Positions 34,892-45,578 of a stretch of DNA of 57,315 nucleotides are shown piece after piece. How positions within the stretch are numbered: the first letter of the stretch is position 1; every line of letters begins with the position of its first letter. Position numbers and translations under genes: made by a program. Below the pieces are notes generated by a model. That model was not told where the DNA came from, ran no database searches, and was given only the letters and a program-made list of their open reading frames with translations. Location: positions 1 to 57,315 of the forward strand of contig SYMJ01000188.1 of the NCBI GenBank assembly GCA_005805505.1, written 5' to 3'. The DNA comes from Verrucomicrobiales bacterium. Its GTDB lineage: Bacteria > Verrucomicrobiota > Verrucomicrobiia > Limisphaerales > UBA9464.

Positions 34892-36019
34892 TCAGATGGA
34901 AATGCGGCGGCTGCGGGCCTGGACCGTCCAAGCCTTCGTGGCCCGGCCGTTCTCGGCCAGCCAGACCTCCTGGTGCAAGGCCACGGTCGGGCACACATGC
35001 CAGGGCAGGGAGTAGACCGCATCGCCCAAACGCCTAGCGTCGGCCGCCGGCGATTCGACCACCAAATGTTCTTCGCTGTGGCTGAGGGCGGTGGCGTCCG
35101 GGAAATTCAGGAAGACGGTTCGAGGGTGGGGCATTTCCGAGGCCACGGCCTTGTGCCCGAGGTCTAGGCACACTTGCCGGGGAGCAGGACGGCTGATGAC
35201 GCGCGACAGCAGCACGGCCGCGGGCTCGAAGGGCAGGTCGGGCAGCTTGTGGGCGTAACCGGCGTCCCAGAGAACAGTGGTTCCCGGGCTCAGCGAGACA
35301 TCGGCGCGCATCGCATGGATGGCGAAGGTCGGTGAGCCGCCGGCCAGGACCGCCAGTCGATGCCCCACTTCGCTTTCCAGAGCGGTTCTCAAGGCAGCCA
35401 CGGGCGCGAAAGCCTCATCGCAAGTGCGGGTGCGCTCAGCCAGATCGGTGATGCCCAAATGGCCGTCGTAAGCATGAAGGCCCTCGAAGCGCAACGTGGG
35501 CGCGGCGGCCCGAAGGGATCGGAGCAACTCGCTGCCGAGGACGCGATCGGGTGCGATGCCGGTGCGGTGTTGGCCGATGTCGAGGTCGATCCAAATTCCG
35601 AGGGGGTTTGCGATTGCACACGCGGCGGCGGCGGTCCGAAGCGATTCTACCACCCCGGGGTCGTCGACGACCCCTGACCATTGGATGTCTTGGAAGCGGG
35701 AGGACAGACGAATCCAACGCTCGATTTGCGGGCCCACGGGTTGGACCGCGAGCAGGATGCTCCGGACACCGCTAACCCCGGCCACCATCTCGGCCTCGGC
35801 GATGGTGGCGCATTTGAATTGAACGATGCCCAACCCCACCTGCCATGCGATCAGCTCGGGCAACTTGTGGGTTTTTACATGGGGCCACAATCGGAGCGGA
35901 TCTCCGGCAATGGCCACCATGCGTCTCAAATTGGCTTCGATCCGGTCCCGGTGCAGGACCAGCGTCGGCGACGGGATTTCCGCCGCATTCTCCAGAACGT
36001 ACCAGGGGTTTGGGGCCAT
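34892..36019 (-). CDS. D-TA family PLP-dependent enzyme (D-threonine aldolase / D-serine dehydratase-like)
   Basis: The PLP-lysine motif is PHVKTHK. It has an alanine-racemase N-terminal-like fold and a C-terminal HVCPTVAL. The ATG is at 36017-36019. Confidence 0.75.
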   Translation of the reverse strand: MAPNPWYVLENAAEIPSPTLVLHRDRIEANLRRMVAIAGDPLRLWPHVKTHKLPELIAWQVGLGIVQFKCATIAEAEMVAGVSGVRSILLAVQPVGPQIERWIRLSSRFQDIQWSGVVDDPGVVESLRTAAAACAIANPLGIWIDLDIGQHRTGIAPDRVLGSELLRSLRAAAPTLRFEGLHAYDGHLGITDLAERTRTCDEAFAPVAALRTALESEVGHRLAVLAGGSPTFAIHAMRADVSLSPGTTVLWDAGYAHKLPDLPFEPAAVLLSRVISRPAPRQVCLDLGHKAVASEMPHPRTVFLNFPDATALSHSEEHLVVESPAADARRLGDAVYSLPWHVCPTVALHQEVWLAENGRATKAWTVQARSRRISI

Positions 36020-36032
36020 CGGATCGCGGGGA

Positions 36033-36494
36033 TCAGTGAAGTTCGAAGATGACCTCGATCTCGACGGAAATATTTCCGGGCAGCGGTCCCATACCGACGG
36101 CGCTGCGGGCGCCGATACCATTTTCAGGTCCCCAGATTTCCGCGAAGAGCTCGCTACAGCCGTTGATGACCTTCGGGTGATCGTAGAAATCAGCGGCCGA
36201 ATTGACCATGCCCAGGGTCTTCACCACGCGTTTTACCTTGTCGAGGGATCCCAATTGGGAACGTAGGGTTGCCAAGATGGCCAGACCGACTTGCCGGGCG
36301 GCCACCTTGCCAGCCTCCAAGTCGAGGTCTTTGCCCACGACGCCGGTGATCAGCGTGCCGTCGGTGCGCAACGGCCCGTGTCCTGAGACATAGGCAGCGT
36401 TACCGAAGACCACCAGCGGCTTGTAAACGGCCACAGGTTTCGGGGCAGGAGGGAGAACGAGGGAAAGGGCAGCGAGTTGGGATTCGGCACTCAT
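36033..36494 (-). CDS. RidA/YjgF family reactive-intermediate deaminase
   Basis: Motifs: VSGHGP...G and ...ARSAVGMGPLPGNISVEIEVIFE. Confidence 0.85.
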   Translation of the reverse strand: MSAESQLAALSLVLPPAPKPVAVYKPLVVFGNAAYVSGHGPLRTDGTLITGVVGKDLDLEAGKVAARQVGLAILATLRSQLGSLDKVKRVVKTLGMVNSAADFYDHPKVINGCSELFAEIWGPENGIGARSAVGMGPLPGNISVEIEVIFELH

Positions 36495-36805
36495 GATTTT
36501 GAAGGGCTTCTAAGATCCGTCTTTTGCAGCAAACCCTCAATTCCGAAGTCCACGGATCGAAAGATGTTTTGATGCTCCGAAGATCAACCGTGACTCGTGG
36601 GTGGGTGCCGGAGAATTGGAAGGTGAGGATCGCCCTGGAGCGAGGTGCAAAAATCCAACACAGGCGCTTGACTCGGCAGTGCTTTTGGCAGTAGCTCCAA
36701 GGCATCCACTTGGCCGACTAAGATCCGTCTGATCCATCATGGAAAGATTGGGTCGAACAACGGTGATTGATGGTTAAACGGCAACGCCTGTTGGAAGGAA
36801 ATTTT

Positions 36806-37564
36806 ATGAAAACTCAGAGACAAATCGGGGGCAAACGGAGGGGTTTCACTTTGATCGAGCTGTTGGTCGTCATTGCCATCATCGCCATTCTCGCAGGCAT
36901 GCTGCTACCGGCGCTCTCCAAGGCCAAATCCAAGGCGCTGTCCATCTCCTGCCTGTCGAACACTAAACAGCTCTGTCTGGCATGGATTCTCTACACGGGT
37001 GACAATCAGGAAAAGCTGGTTCCCAATTACCTGGGCACCGCGGACGCTTGGATCCTCGGGGACGTCAACTCCGCCCCGGGCCACACCAACCGCAACAACA
37101 TCATTACTGGCAAGCTGTACCCGTACAATTCATCCGAGGCGATCTACGTCTGCCCCGCCGATGATTACAAGTTTCAGGGTAGGCGCTTTCGACGCGTCCG
37201 CAGTTACTCTATGTCGGGTCAGATGAACAGCAATGTCGATTGGGTGAATCCGCGCTACCCGGTGCGCAGGAAGACCTCGGACATCATTGACCCCGATCCT
37301 TCAGGCGCCTTGGTGTTTATCGATGAGAGCACCAAAACCCTTGAGGATGGGTATTTCGCCATTCAAGTAGACAACCGAGTTTGGCAGAACGATCCCTCCG
37401 ATCGCCACAACAAGGGTGCCAACCTCACTTTTGCCGACGGCCATTCTGAAATCTACAAGTGGCTCGAACCGATGACCGGCAAGCACAGTTGGGATGCCCC
37501 GGCACAGAAGCCCGCCGATCGGGACTTCGACCGCTTGGCCGCCACGGTTGCGACCAAGAAATAA
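36806..37564 (+). CDS. Prepilin-type N-terminal cleavage/methylation domain protein of the H-X9-DG family
   Basis: The N-terminus is [32 protein letters not shown]. The C-terminal motif [13 protein letters not shown] has H, nine residues, then DG. A ggaagga Shine-Dalgarno-like sequence lies upstream. Confidence 0.85.
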   Translation: MKTQRQIGGKRRGFTLIELLVVIAIIAILAGMLLPALSKAKSKALSISCLSNTKQLCLAWILYTGDNQEKLVPNYLGTADAWILGDVNSAPGHTNRNNIITGKLYPYNSSEAIYVCPADDYKFQGRRFRRVRSYSMSGQMNSNVDWVNPRYPVRRKTSDIIDPDPSGALVFIDESTKTLEDGYFAIQVDNRVWQNDPSDRHNKGANLTFADGHSEIYKWLEPMTGKHSWDAPAQKPADRDFDRLAATVATKK

Positions 37565-37609
37565 ATCGAGCCTGCTGTTTGTCGGTGTCTGAACACCGTT
37601 CAGTCCCTG

Positions 37610-37640
37610 CTCATCACTCCAGAAGTGATGAGTTTCAATT
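37610..37640 (+). terminator. Rho-independent terminator
   Basis: Sequence ctcatcac-tccagaa-gtgatgag is followed by tttcaattt. Confidence 0.6.
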
Positions 37641-37936
37641 TGCCCATCTCTGGCCGGGAGAAAACAGGGTTTTTACTTCAAATATCTCGGGGCTCGAAAG
37701 GTGGACTACTGTCTGCTCGATCGGACCAACCATGTCTCGTTCATTCAGCGTGGCCAACGGGTCTAGAGTTACATCATGAACGGTGCAAATCCGGCAAGCC
37801 ATCACTCTGACTAACGGCGTGGTTCGGCTCAGGCAGCCATATTCGAATAAATGACTAAACAAATTGGTTAACGGTGAGTCTTTGCTGGATCTTCGAGGCA
37901 ATGCTGTGAATCTTTTTACAAGCAAAGCACTGATCA

Positions 37937-40354
37937 ATGAAATTCACCCTATGGCTGCCGATCCGCATCGGATCGTTTGCGGCCCTTGCGCTGTCCACCG
38001 GACACTGGGCCATGGCCCAGACTCTCGGGTCCACCAACGTCCTCGACAAGGTTGTTGTCGAGGGGCTCCCCATTGAGGAGACCGTGTTGCCGACGGCTCG
38101 TCCGGTCGATTCGGTCATGGGTGATGAGCGTAGCATTTTGGAGACGCCCCGTTCGGTGTCGCTGGTGACCAAGGCCCAGATGGAAGCCCGTGCGATTTCT
38201 CGAGCCACGGATTTCAATCAGTACTCTCCGGGCGTTTACACCCCGTCCCGCTACGGTCTGGCCAATGTGCCGGTCATCCGCGGTGACCTTTCAGAAATTT
38301 ACCAGAACGGTCAGCGGACGATTTACAGCCGCAACTCCATGCTCGCCAGCTTCAACGGCGTGGAGGCCATGGACATCGTCAAGGGACCGGGTTCCGCGGT
38401 CTATGGCCCGCAAGGACAAGGTCCGGGCGGCTATGTGAACTTTGTTTCCAAGCTCCCTTACTTCGATGGTTTCCACGGTGAGATGATCAGCCGGTGGGGC
38501 AGCTTTGTCCCCGGAGGTCAGAGCTACTTCAACCCGGAGTGGGTCCTCGATTTCGGCGGGCCCATCAACGACAAGGTGGCCTTCCGGGTGAGCTACCTCG
38601 GTCGCGAGGCTGATGGCTACTACCGGAATGTGCAGGACAACACGCAGGATATCTTCACGGCCCTGACTTGGCGCGCCAACGACAAGCTCACTGTCGACTG
38701 GAACGCCCAGTTCTACACCTCGCACTTTAATGAGGTGATCGGTATTAACCGTGTGACTCAGGAACTCATCGATGACCGGGTGTATATCGCCGGTCCGGTG
38801 CTTCCCAACAACCGCTTCGGCGATGCTCTGACCTCCATCGGGGCATACGGCCAGAACGCCAATTTCGCAGTGCTCAATACCAACCTGGCCACGCGGGTGA
38901 AGGTTTATCCGTGGCAGACGATCAACTCGCCCTTCGACAGCGCGGCGGGCCAGAAGTTCTCCTCGCAGCTCATCGCCAATTATCAGATCAACGACTTCGG
39001 AAAGATCGTCAACCGGACCTATGGCGAGACCATGGAGTCCCGCAAGGCTTCTGGTTATGGATACACCGAATGGGTGCCGGAAAACTGGATGGCCAACAAC
39101 CGCTCCGAGCTGCACTACGAGATCACCCCGGCCGTAGGTAACTACGAGCTGCCCATTAAGACCATTAGCGGCGTGGACTTGCGCTACCAGTCGCTCGTGA
39201 CTTACCAGGACTTCTCGGTGGAACCGCTTTTCCTGTATGACGTCACCCAGCCTTCTTCGACGTTCCGGATGCCTCCCACCCCGCTGGTGAACACTTATGG
39301 CGGAAGTTCATTGCTGGTGCCGGGTGCCCCGGGCTATGGCGCCAACGGATTCGGCTCAGGCGATCAGAATTCCGAGATCGCTCAGAGCGGCTTCTTCACC
39401 CAGTGGGACATGAAGTTGCACGACAAGTTCTCCATCATCGCTGGCGGCCGCGGCGATCTCATTGGGGCGCAGGCCAAGAGCCCGGAGTACGTCGGCAAGG
39501 CGGCCGGTTCGAGTTACAATGTCTCCACCGATGTCTTCAACACTTCGGTCTTCATCAGCGGTATTTACAAGTGGACACCGGTCCTCACGAGCTATGCCAC
39601 CTACAACGTGGTCAATGCCATCCAGGGCAATCCCAATTTCGGCGGCGTCGACGGCACCGGCAACACCAAGACCTTGCTCCAAAAGTCACTCTCCGCCGAA
39701 AGCGAGCTCATTGAGGTGGGTTCCAAGGCCAGTCTGTTCGAGAATCAGGTGTTCGTGAGCGGGGCGCTCTTTCAGCAAACCCGCCTGGCTCCGCAGTTGG
39801 TCGGCAATCCGATCGGCATCGAGACTCAAGGGGTCGAGCTGGAGTCGTTCTACCAACCCAACCGGAACTTCAACGCCAGCGCCAACTTCACCTACCAGAA
39901 CGCGGAGCAGGACGACGCCAGCTACCAGCAGACGGGCAATTACCTAGACGGCTACCCGGTGGGTTTCCTCGTGGATGGCGTTTCGGGCACCGGCCTCGGT
40001 TCTCCGAACTACACCACAGTGAAGCGCGGCAAGATCCGCGCGGCGAGCGTGCCACAGGTGATGTTCAACTCCTACGTCACCTATCAGTTGGACAACGGCT
40101 TTGGCGCCAGCTTCGGACCGCAAGTCACCGGTGAGCAGTGGCAGAACCAAGAGGGATCACTGCGCATCCCCATGCAGTACGTCATCAACGCCTTCGTATT
40201 CTACCGTCAGCCGAAGTGGGACGTGCAGATCAATTTCTTCAACATTACCGACGAGCGGAACTGGACTTCCATCGATCCGAGTTTCGCCGGCAATGACGTG
40301 ATTTATCCGGAACAACCGTTCCGGATTAGTGGTCAGATCCGTTTCCGGTTCTGA
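37937..40354 (+). CDS. TonB-dependent outer membrane receptor
   Basis: A signal peptide is present. Plug-domain motifs are VVVEG...ETPRSVS.V...RGDLSEIYQNG...VKGPGSAVYG. A long beta-barrel follows. The C-terminus is ...GQIRFRF. Confidence 0.85.
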   Translation: MKFTLWLPIRIGSFAALALSTGHWAMAQTLGSTNVLDKVVVEGLPIEETVLPTARPVDSVMGDERSILETPRSVSLVTKAQMEARAISRATDFNQYSPGVYTPSRYGLANVPVIRGDLSEIYQNGQRTIYSRNSMLASFNGVEAMDIVKGPGSAVYGPQGQGPGGYVNFVSKLPYFDGFHGEMISRWGSFVPGGQSYFNPEWVLDFGGPINDKVAFRVSYLGREADGYYRNVQDNTQDIFTALTWRANDKLTVDWNAQFYTSHFNEVIGINRVTQELIDDRVYIAGPVLPNNRFGDALTSIGAYGQNANFAVLNTNLATRVKVYPWQTINSPFDSAAGQKFSSQLIANYQINDFGKIVNRTYGETMESRKASGYGYTEWVPENWMANNRSELHYEITPAVGNYELPIKTISGVDLRYQSLVTYQDFSVEPLFLYDVTQPSSTFRMPPTPLVNTYGGSSLLVPGAPGYGANGFGSGDQNSEIAQSGFFTQWDMKLHDKFSIIAGGRGDLIGAQAKSPEYVGKAAGSSYNVSTDVFNTSVFISGIYKWTPVLTSYATYNVVNAIQGNPNFGGVDGTGNTKTLLQKSLSAESELIEVGSKASLFENQVFVSGALFQQTRLAPQLVGNPIGIETQGVELESFYQPNRNFNASANFTYQNAEQDDASYQQTGNYLDGYPVGFLVDGVSGTGLGSPNYTTVKRGKIRAASVPQVMFNSYVTYQLDNGFGASFGPQVTGEQWQNQEGSLRIPMQYVINAFVFYRQPKWDVQINFFNITDERNWTSIDPSFAGNDVIYPEQPFRISGQIRFRF

Positions 40355-40367
40355 TCGTTTTCTGAGC

Positions 40368-40417
40368 GTGAGGGCCCCCGGCTGTGGTGTGTGCGGCTCG
40401 GGGCTCACCTTGTTTTT
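40368..40417 (+). terminator. Probable rho-independent terminator
   Basis: An imperfect GC-rich hairpin gtgag(gg)cccc...ggggctcac is followed by cttgttttt. Confidence 0.5.
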
Positions 40418-40450
40418 CCGGAACGATTCAGTTGGATCAATCGTTCTGGC

Positions 40451-42736
40451 TTAGTGCTCGTCGATGCGGCCGGGAAGGGACTCCGTCACCGAGGTCAATA
40501 GGCTGGCAACCGAGAAGGGCATCTCCAGCACCCGGACCTTGCCCGACGGCAGGGGAGCCGGATCATCCCCAGGCAACCGGGTGAGGATGATGGGGATCGC
40601 GGGAAGCAGTTCCCTGATGCGATGGGAAAGACCGGCCTCGGACCCGGGAAGGGGCATGCTCGCGGGGACAATGGCCAGTTCGATGCCTAGGGATTCTGAT
40701 TCGACGACCTTCAGGGCCTCGGTCGCGTCCGTGCACAGATAGACGCGGCACCCCGTCTTCTCGAGGACCTTCCGGGCGAGCATTTGCAGTGGGGCATCTT
40801 CCATGACGAGGAGCACCTGGGGCGGGACGGGTGCGCCCGCGGACGGATCGGGGATGGAAACCGCGACCGATGAAGATGCCAGAGGGAGATGGGGAGTGAA
40901 GGTCGTTCCCCGGCCCGGCTCGCTCTCGACGGACATCCATCCTCCGTGCTCATTGAGGTAGCGGCGCGCGGTGCTGAGGCCTAGACCTGTGCCCTTGCCG
41001 GGAGCTTTGGTGGTGAAGAATGGTTCCTGGATCCGAGCGAGGGTTTCCTTCGACATGCCGATGCCGGTATCGCTGATGCGGATTTGGATGAACCGGCGAC
41101 CCTGCCGAGACCCAGCGCCCGACGCCTGCAGTGCGGACTCCGTAATGCGTGTCTCGATCGTCAGGACGCCGCCGTCGGGCATCGCGTCTCGGGCGTTGAC
41201 GAAGAGGTTCATGAACACCTGATCGATGATGGATCGATCGGCGGTCACCAGGAGCTTCGAGGCGGTCCGAATGCGACGGATCTCAATTCGGCCCCCAAGG
41301 ATTCGCCGACTGACATTGATGAGATCATCCAGCGCATCATCTAGGAGGTATTCCTCGACCTTGTAGGTGTCTTTGCGGCTGATGTGGAGAAGGCGTTGCG
41401 TGAGGCTTGAGGCACGATCCACCATCCCAGACAGCGATCCGACCAATTCATTGAACTCCGAGGGGGACGGCGGGATCATCTGGGCCAGGTCGAGGTGCAG
41501 CCGCATTACGGCGAGGATGTTGTTGAAGTCATGGGCCACCCCTCCGGCCATTTGGCCCATAATATCCATCTTCTGTGCCTGGCGGAGTTCCGCCTCGATG
41601 GCCAAGCGCTCGGTCACATCCTGCCAGACGGCCGCGAGGTAGGTGCGCCCCTGGATGCGGATGGGCCTGGAATGGAGGCGGACCTCGCGCACTGAGCCGT
41701 CCTTCGCCCGGTGCCGGGTGACCAGGTCGCGTTTCTCGGTTTGCTGAAGTTCTTGCAGCTGCCTGGCGATCTCCTCGGGGCTGTGCTGGCAGTCGATTTC
41801 GAAGACGGTTTTGGAGGCGAACTCTTCCTGAGTGTAGCCGAGGGATCGGTGCGCCGTGGTGTTGAACTCGAGGAATCGTCCCTCCTCGGGGTCGATCACC
41901 CCGATGGACTCGGCTGCCTGGTCGACCAGTGCCGTGAAGACGCGCTGGCGTTCGATCAGCGTCTGGCGCTCGGAGATGTCCGACATTGCCCCGATCACGC
42001 GCACCGCGCGACCCTCCTCCCGAACAACGAAACAGCGGGTCATCAAGAGTGCCCATGTGCCGTCACCGCGCAGGAAGCGAAAGGTTCCTGACCAGTGTCC
42101 TCCGCTGGAGGCAATGGCCGCCTCGATGCCGATCACCACGTCCTCGCGGTCCTCTGGGTGGAGACGGTCCCGCCAGGCGTTGATCTTCGACGAGGGCGAA
42201 CTTCCCTCGCCACAGAGGGCGAGGAAGGTCTCGCTCCAGGCCAACCCGCCCGTCTCTAGATCCCACTCCCAGAAGCTGTCACCAGAAAGCTCGACCACGT
42301 AGCGGAGCAACGACTCGCTGCGGGTGCGGCGCTCCGTGGCTTCGCGCAGGAGGCGACGTCCCTCGGCCTCCCGGAGTTCTCTTTGCAGGGCCGGCACTAG
42401 GCGCGCGAGATTTTCCTTCCGGACGAAGTCAACGGCCCCTTCCCGCATCAGGGCGGCCGCGCGATCCTCGCCCACGGCTCCCGAGACAACCAGGACGGGG
42501 ATGTCGAGCCGCCTGGCAGCAACCTCCGCCAACACCTCGGACGCTGTGAACCCGGCCAACTGGTGGTCGGTGAGAATCGCGTCGAACGCCCGTTCCGAGA
42601 TGAGTTGGTGAATCTCCCCGATGTCATCGGATACAACCGATACGAACTCTAAGCCCGAGCGCTTGAGCTGCCGCAGCAACAAGTCGATGTCGCTCGGGTT
42701 GTCCTCGACTATGAGCAGGCTGATCGGGGCTTTCAT
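40451..42736 (-). CDS. Hybrid sensor histidine kinase: REC - PAS x2 - HisKA - HATPase - degenerate REC
   Basis: The N-terminal REC is [10 protein letters not shown]...ILTDHQL. The H-box is [11 protein letters not shown]. The G-boxes are DTGIGM and GKGTGLGL. The C-terminal receiver-like domain lacks the acceptor Asp. Confidence 0.85.
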   Translation of the reverse strand: MKAPISLLIVEDNPSDIDLLLRQLKRSGLEFVSVVSDDIGEIHQLISERAFDAILTDHQLAGFTASEVLAEVAARRLDIPVLVVSGAVGEDRAAALMREGAVDFVRKENLARLVPALQRELREAEGRRLLREATERRTRSESLLRYVVELSGDSFWEWDLETGGLAWSETFLALCGEGSSPSSKINAWRDRLHPEDREDVVIGIEAAIASSGGHWSGTFRFLRGDGTWALLMTRCFVVREEGRAVRVIGAMSDISERQTLIERQRVFTALVDQAAESIGVIDPEEGRFLEFNTTAHRSLGYTQEEFASKTVFEIDCQHSPEEIARQLQELQQTEKRDLVTRHRAKDGSVREVRLHSRPIRIQGRTYLAAVWQDVTERLAIEAELRQAQKMDIMGQMAGGVAHDFNNILAVMRLHLDLAQMIPPSPSEFNELVGSLSGMVDRASSLTQRLLHISRKDTYKVEEYLLDDALDDLINVSRRILGGRIEIRRIRTASKLLVTADRSIIDQVFMNLFVNARDAMPDGGVLTIETRITESALQASGAGSRQGRRFIQIRISDTGIGMSKETLARIQEPFFTTKAPGKGTGLGLSTARRYLNEHGGWMSVESEPGRGTTFTPHLPLASSSVAVSIPDPSAGAPVPPQVLLVMEDAPLQMLARKVLEKTGCRVYLCTDATEALKVVESESLGIELAIVPASMPLPGSEAGLSHRIRELLPAIPIILTRLPGDDPAPLPSGKVRVLEMPFSVASLLTSVTESLPGRIDEH

Positions 42737-43176
42737 CCGACGGGCTTGGGGTAGCCGATGTTGGTCTGTGTCCAGTAGTTCACGACACTGGCGTACAGGG
42801 ATTGGAGCTCGCGGATGTCGACCGGCTTAGTGACGTAGCTGTTGCAGCCCCGGTCGTAGGCCCTCCGGATGTCCCGCTCCTCGGCCGAGGAACTCACAAT
42901 GACCACCGCGACGCCGCGGAGTTCGGGATTGCTGCGGATGCGGGTGAGGAGTTCGATGCCGTCGAGGCCCGGAAGATTGATATCGATCATCATGAGCCTC
43001 GGACGGGGGCAGGGCGGCTGCCCTTCGGTGCCAAGAAGCATCTCCGCCGCAGACAGGCCGTCCCCGATCACCACCAGCGTGCGAGTTGGGCTGCTCCGCT
43101 TGATGGCGCGCCGTGCGACTTCGGCGTCCGACTCGTTGTCCTCAACCAGAATGATGGGTCCGCTGTTAGAGTACAT
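42733..43176 (-). CDS. Stand-alone response regulator receiver protein
   Basis: Motifs: ILVEDNESD, MMIDINLPGLDG, SYVTKP. Confidence 0.9.
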   Translation of the reverse strand: MYSNSGPIILVEDNESDAEVARRAIKRSSPTRTLVVIGDGLSAAEMLLGTEGQPPCPRPRLMMIDINLPGLDGIELLTRIRSNPELRGVAVVIVSSSAEERDIRRAYDRGCNSYVTKPVDIRELQSLYASVVNYWTQTNIGYPKPVG

Positions 43177-44980
43177 TGGATACTTTAATACTTATTTTAG
43201 ACCGTGCTTCGGTTTTCGGAAAAATCAACACCATGGTAACAATGGTGCCCGCGTCCGGTGTGGATTCCACCTCTAGGGAACCGCCGTGGCGCCGGGCAAT
43301 GCGATGAACCGTGGCCAGACCGATGCCCGTGCCTGGGAATTCGGAGGCGCGATGGAACCGTTGGAAAGGGATGAACAGACGTTCTCGGTTAGAAGGGGCG
43401 AATCCCGTGCCGTTGTCGCGGACCCGGAACCCCTGGCCCTGCGGGCTTTCCACCGGCTCGATCCCGATGCGGGCTTCGGGGCATTTGGCGGTGAACTTCC
43501 AGGCGTTTTCTAGGATATTCGTGAGGGCGATCTCGCAGAGCACCGCGTCCCCATGGACCATAATTCCAGGATGTACTTCGGTTCGGACGACCCGATCTGG
43601 GTGGGCCTCGGCGAGCCGGTTCAGGATCTCCGTTCCGAGGCCCGATATGTCGATAGGTTCGATCTGGATCTCCGTCGCGCTGATCCGCGACAGCGAGAGC
43701 AGGCCCTCGATGAGCATTCCCATGCGCCGAGCCTCGTTCCGGATGCGCTCGAGGTGTCGTTGGCCGTTGGCATCTAGTTGGGCGGCGCAGTCTTCCTCGA
43801 GGGCGAAGATCCATCCGGAGATCCCTCTGAGCGGGGCTCGGAGATCATGGGAGACCGCGTAAGAAAACGACTGCAGCTCGTGGGTGCGTTCTTCCAGGTC
43901 CAGTGTCCGGGATAGAACAGTCGCCTCGAGTTGCTTCTGTTGCATCGCCAAGGCCCGGGCAGCGAGGTTGCGCTCTGCGGCCAGGGTGGACAGCCACAAG
44001 GTGGAAGTGCCGGTGACCAGATTAAAGAGGCACGCCGCGTCGTAAGAAGCCAGCGGGTCGGTGGTCGCAAAGGGGCCATGGCCCAGGTTGGTCGCCAGCG
44101 AGATGACGACGCCCACGATGGCCCCGCCGAAGGCGACCGAACGGGCACCCAGCGAGAGGCTCACCCAGTGAATGAGCAGGTATGGGAGGAAGGCAAGGGT
44201 CGGGCGCCACATGGGCGTCGCCCCTTCGGGCATGGGTAGTAAACTTAGAAGCAAACCCATCGCGACTCCGATGAACAACACGATCCGCCGGTTCACGGTA
44301 CTGCCCTCGACGTGGAGCTCGTCTTCCCGGCCCCAAAGCCAAATCGGGGCAATGAGGATCACGGCGGCGGCGTTGCCCGACCACCAGCTCCACCAGACCC
44401 GCAGGATTTCGGAACTGGGGAACTTCCCGGTGAACACCTGCGTGCCGGTGCCGATGATCGCGCCGATGTTGGTGATCATCGCCAGTGTGAGGACCAGTTC
44501 GGGAACCTCCTGGGTCGTGAGCCGTCGTTTCGGGAGGCCGAAATGTTTGCCGAGCAACAGGCTGCCGAAGTAGGCTTCAACGACGTTGGGGATGACGCTG
44601 TTCAGCAGGGACAGCAGGGACGGATCCTTGAACAATCGCATCAACAGCGCACCTAGCCCGATCCCGATCGCTGCGCTCGGCCCCCAGAAGGTGACGGCGG
44701 TAAGCCCCACAGCCGACGGGAACCACAAGGTGGGCCAGAGCTCGCGCTCTTTCGCGGACCAAAGGCCGATTTCCCCCGAGAGGGAATACGCGAGCGCGAT
44801 CATCACCGTGCGGACGATCAGCGTGAGCGCCGGAGACTTCCGGATCGTGTCGACGAGTGCCTTCATGGGATTGGCCGGTAAACGATATCCGCCGTTGCCG
44901 GTGGACCGCAGTGAAGGGACCGAAGAGCTTGGTCGGTGGGTTTTTTCGGCGATAGGTTCAGGGGACACGGGCGGGATCAA
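43166..44980 (-). CDS. Membrane sensor histidine kinase with MASE1-like N-terminal domain
   Basis: The polytopic N-terminus is ...ALAYSLSGEIGLW...LWFPSAVGLTAV. The H-box is SHDLRAPL. ATPase motifs are DNGTGF and GTGIGL. Confidence 0.75.
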   Translation of the reverse strand: MIPPVSPEPIAEKTHRPSSSVPSLRSTGNGGYRLPANPMKALVDTIRKSPALTLIVRTVMIALAYSLSGEIGLWSAKERELWPTLWFPSAVGLTAVTFWGPSAAIGIGLGALLMRLFKDPSLLSLLNSVIPNVVEAYFGSLLLGKHFGLPKRRLTTQEVPELVLTLAMITNIGAIIGTGTQVFTGKFPSSEILRVWWSWWSGNAAAVILIAPIWLWGREDELHVEGSTVNRRIVLFIGVAMGLLLSLLPMPEGATPMWRPTLAFLPYLLIHWVSLSLGARSVAFGGAIVGVVISLATNLGHGPFATTDPLASYDAACLFNLVTGTSTLWLSTLAAERNLAARALAMQQKQLEATVLSRTLDLEERTHELQSFSYAVSHDLRAPLRGISGWIFALEEDCAAQLDANGQRHLERIRNEARRMGMLIEGLLSLSRISATEIQIEPIDISGLGTEILNRLAEAHPDRVVRTEVHPGIMVHGDAVLCEIALTNILENAWKFTAKCPEARIGIEPVESPQGQGFRVRDNGTGFAPSNRERLFIPFQRFHRASEFPGTGIGLATVHRIARRHGGSLEVESTPDAGTIVTMVLIFPKTEARSKISIKVSNVL

Positions 44981-45399
44981 CCGATCGAGTTATCCCGACA
45001 CTGCAGCCCTTCGATTTTCAGTATTAGTTGCTCCACCGAGAACGGTTTTACGATGAAATCGGTCACCCCGGCCTTAGCGGCTGCCAACACGTTGGCCTTG
45101 GTCGCCTCGGCCGTGATCATGAGAAACGGAATCGAGGCCAGTCGTTCGACACTCCGCACGTAGTGGAGCAGTTCAAGTCCCGAAATCTGGGGCATGTTGA
45201 GGTCGGAGATGATCAAATCAAATTGATTACCTTCCTCGATCAACCGAATCGCAGCGAAGGCTTCTTCTGCTGCCATGACCGACTTAAATCCGAGGGTGTC
45301 CAGGGTCCGGAGCAACCCATCGCGCATCTCCGCGAAGTCGTCCACCACCAGGATTCTCAGTCGTCGATCGATCCGCATCATCGGTATCGCGAGGCTCAT
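44977..45399 (-). CDS. CheY-like single-domain response regulator
   Basis: Motifs: ILVVDDFAEMR, LIISDLNMPQISG, DFIVKPF. Confidence 0.9.
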   Translation of the reverse strand: MSLAIPMMRIDRRLRILVVDDFAEMRDGLLRTLDTLGFKSVMAAEEAFAAIRLIEEGNQFDLIISDLNMPQISGLELLHYVRSVERLASIPFLMITAEATKANVLAAAKAGVTDFIVKPFSVEQLILKIEGLQCRDNSIG

Positions 45400-45578
45400 T
45401 GGTTCAATGGGTAATGTTTTGCTTTATGACGCTCCGCGGTCATCGCTGCGGCGTGGATTTTCTAGAGGATTTCCACGGTGAGAGGAATCGGACTGGGTGT
45501 AGTTATACTAACCACCTAACCGCCAACATTTTGATGTTACTCGGTCAATGAAACGACGTCTATAACTACCTAATCAGA

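Noticed and set aside
37782-37793. ggtgcaaatccg upstream of the TonB-dependent receptor, resembling part of the cobalamin riboswitch core.
   Set aside because: I could find no B12 box and none of the other conserved blocks (GGGAA, GCCACTG in the right order). An Rfam scan would be needed to revive this.
45506-45569. A 9-bp inverted repeat, gtagttata ... tataactac, downstream of prmA.
   Set aside because: It has a ~45-nt loop, an AT-rich stem and no U-tract. It is too weak to call a terminator or structured RNA without expression data.
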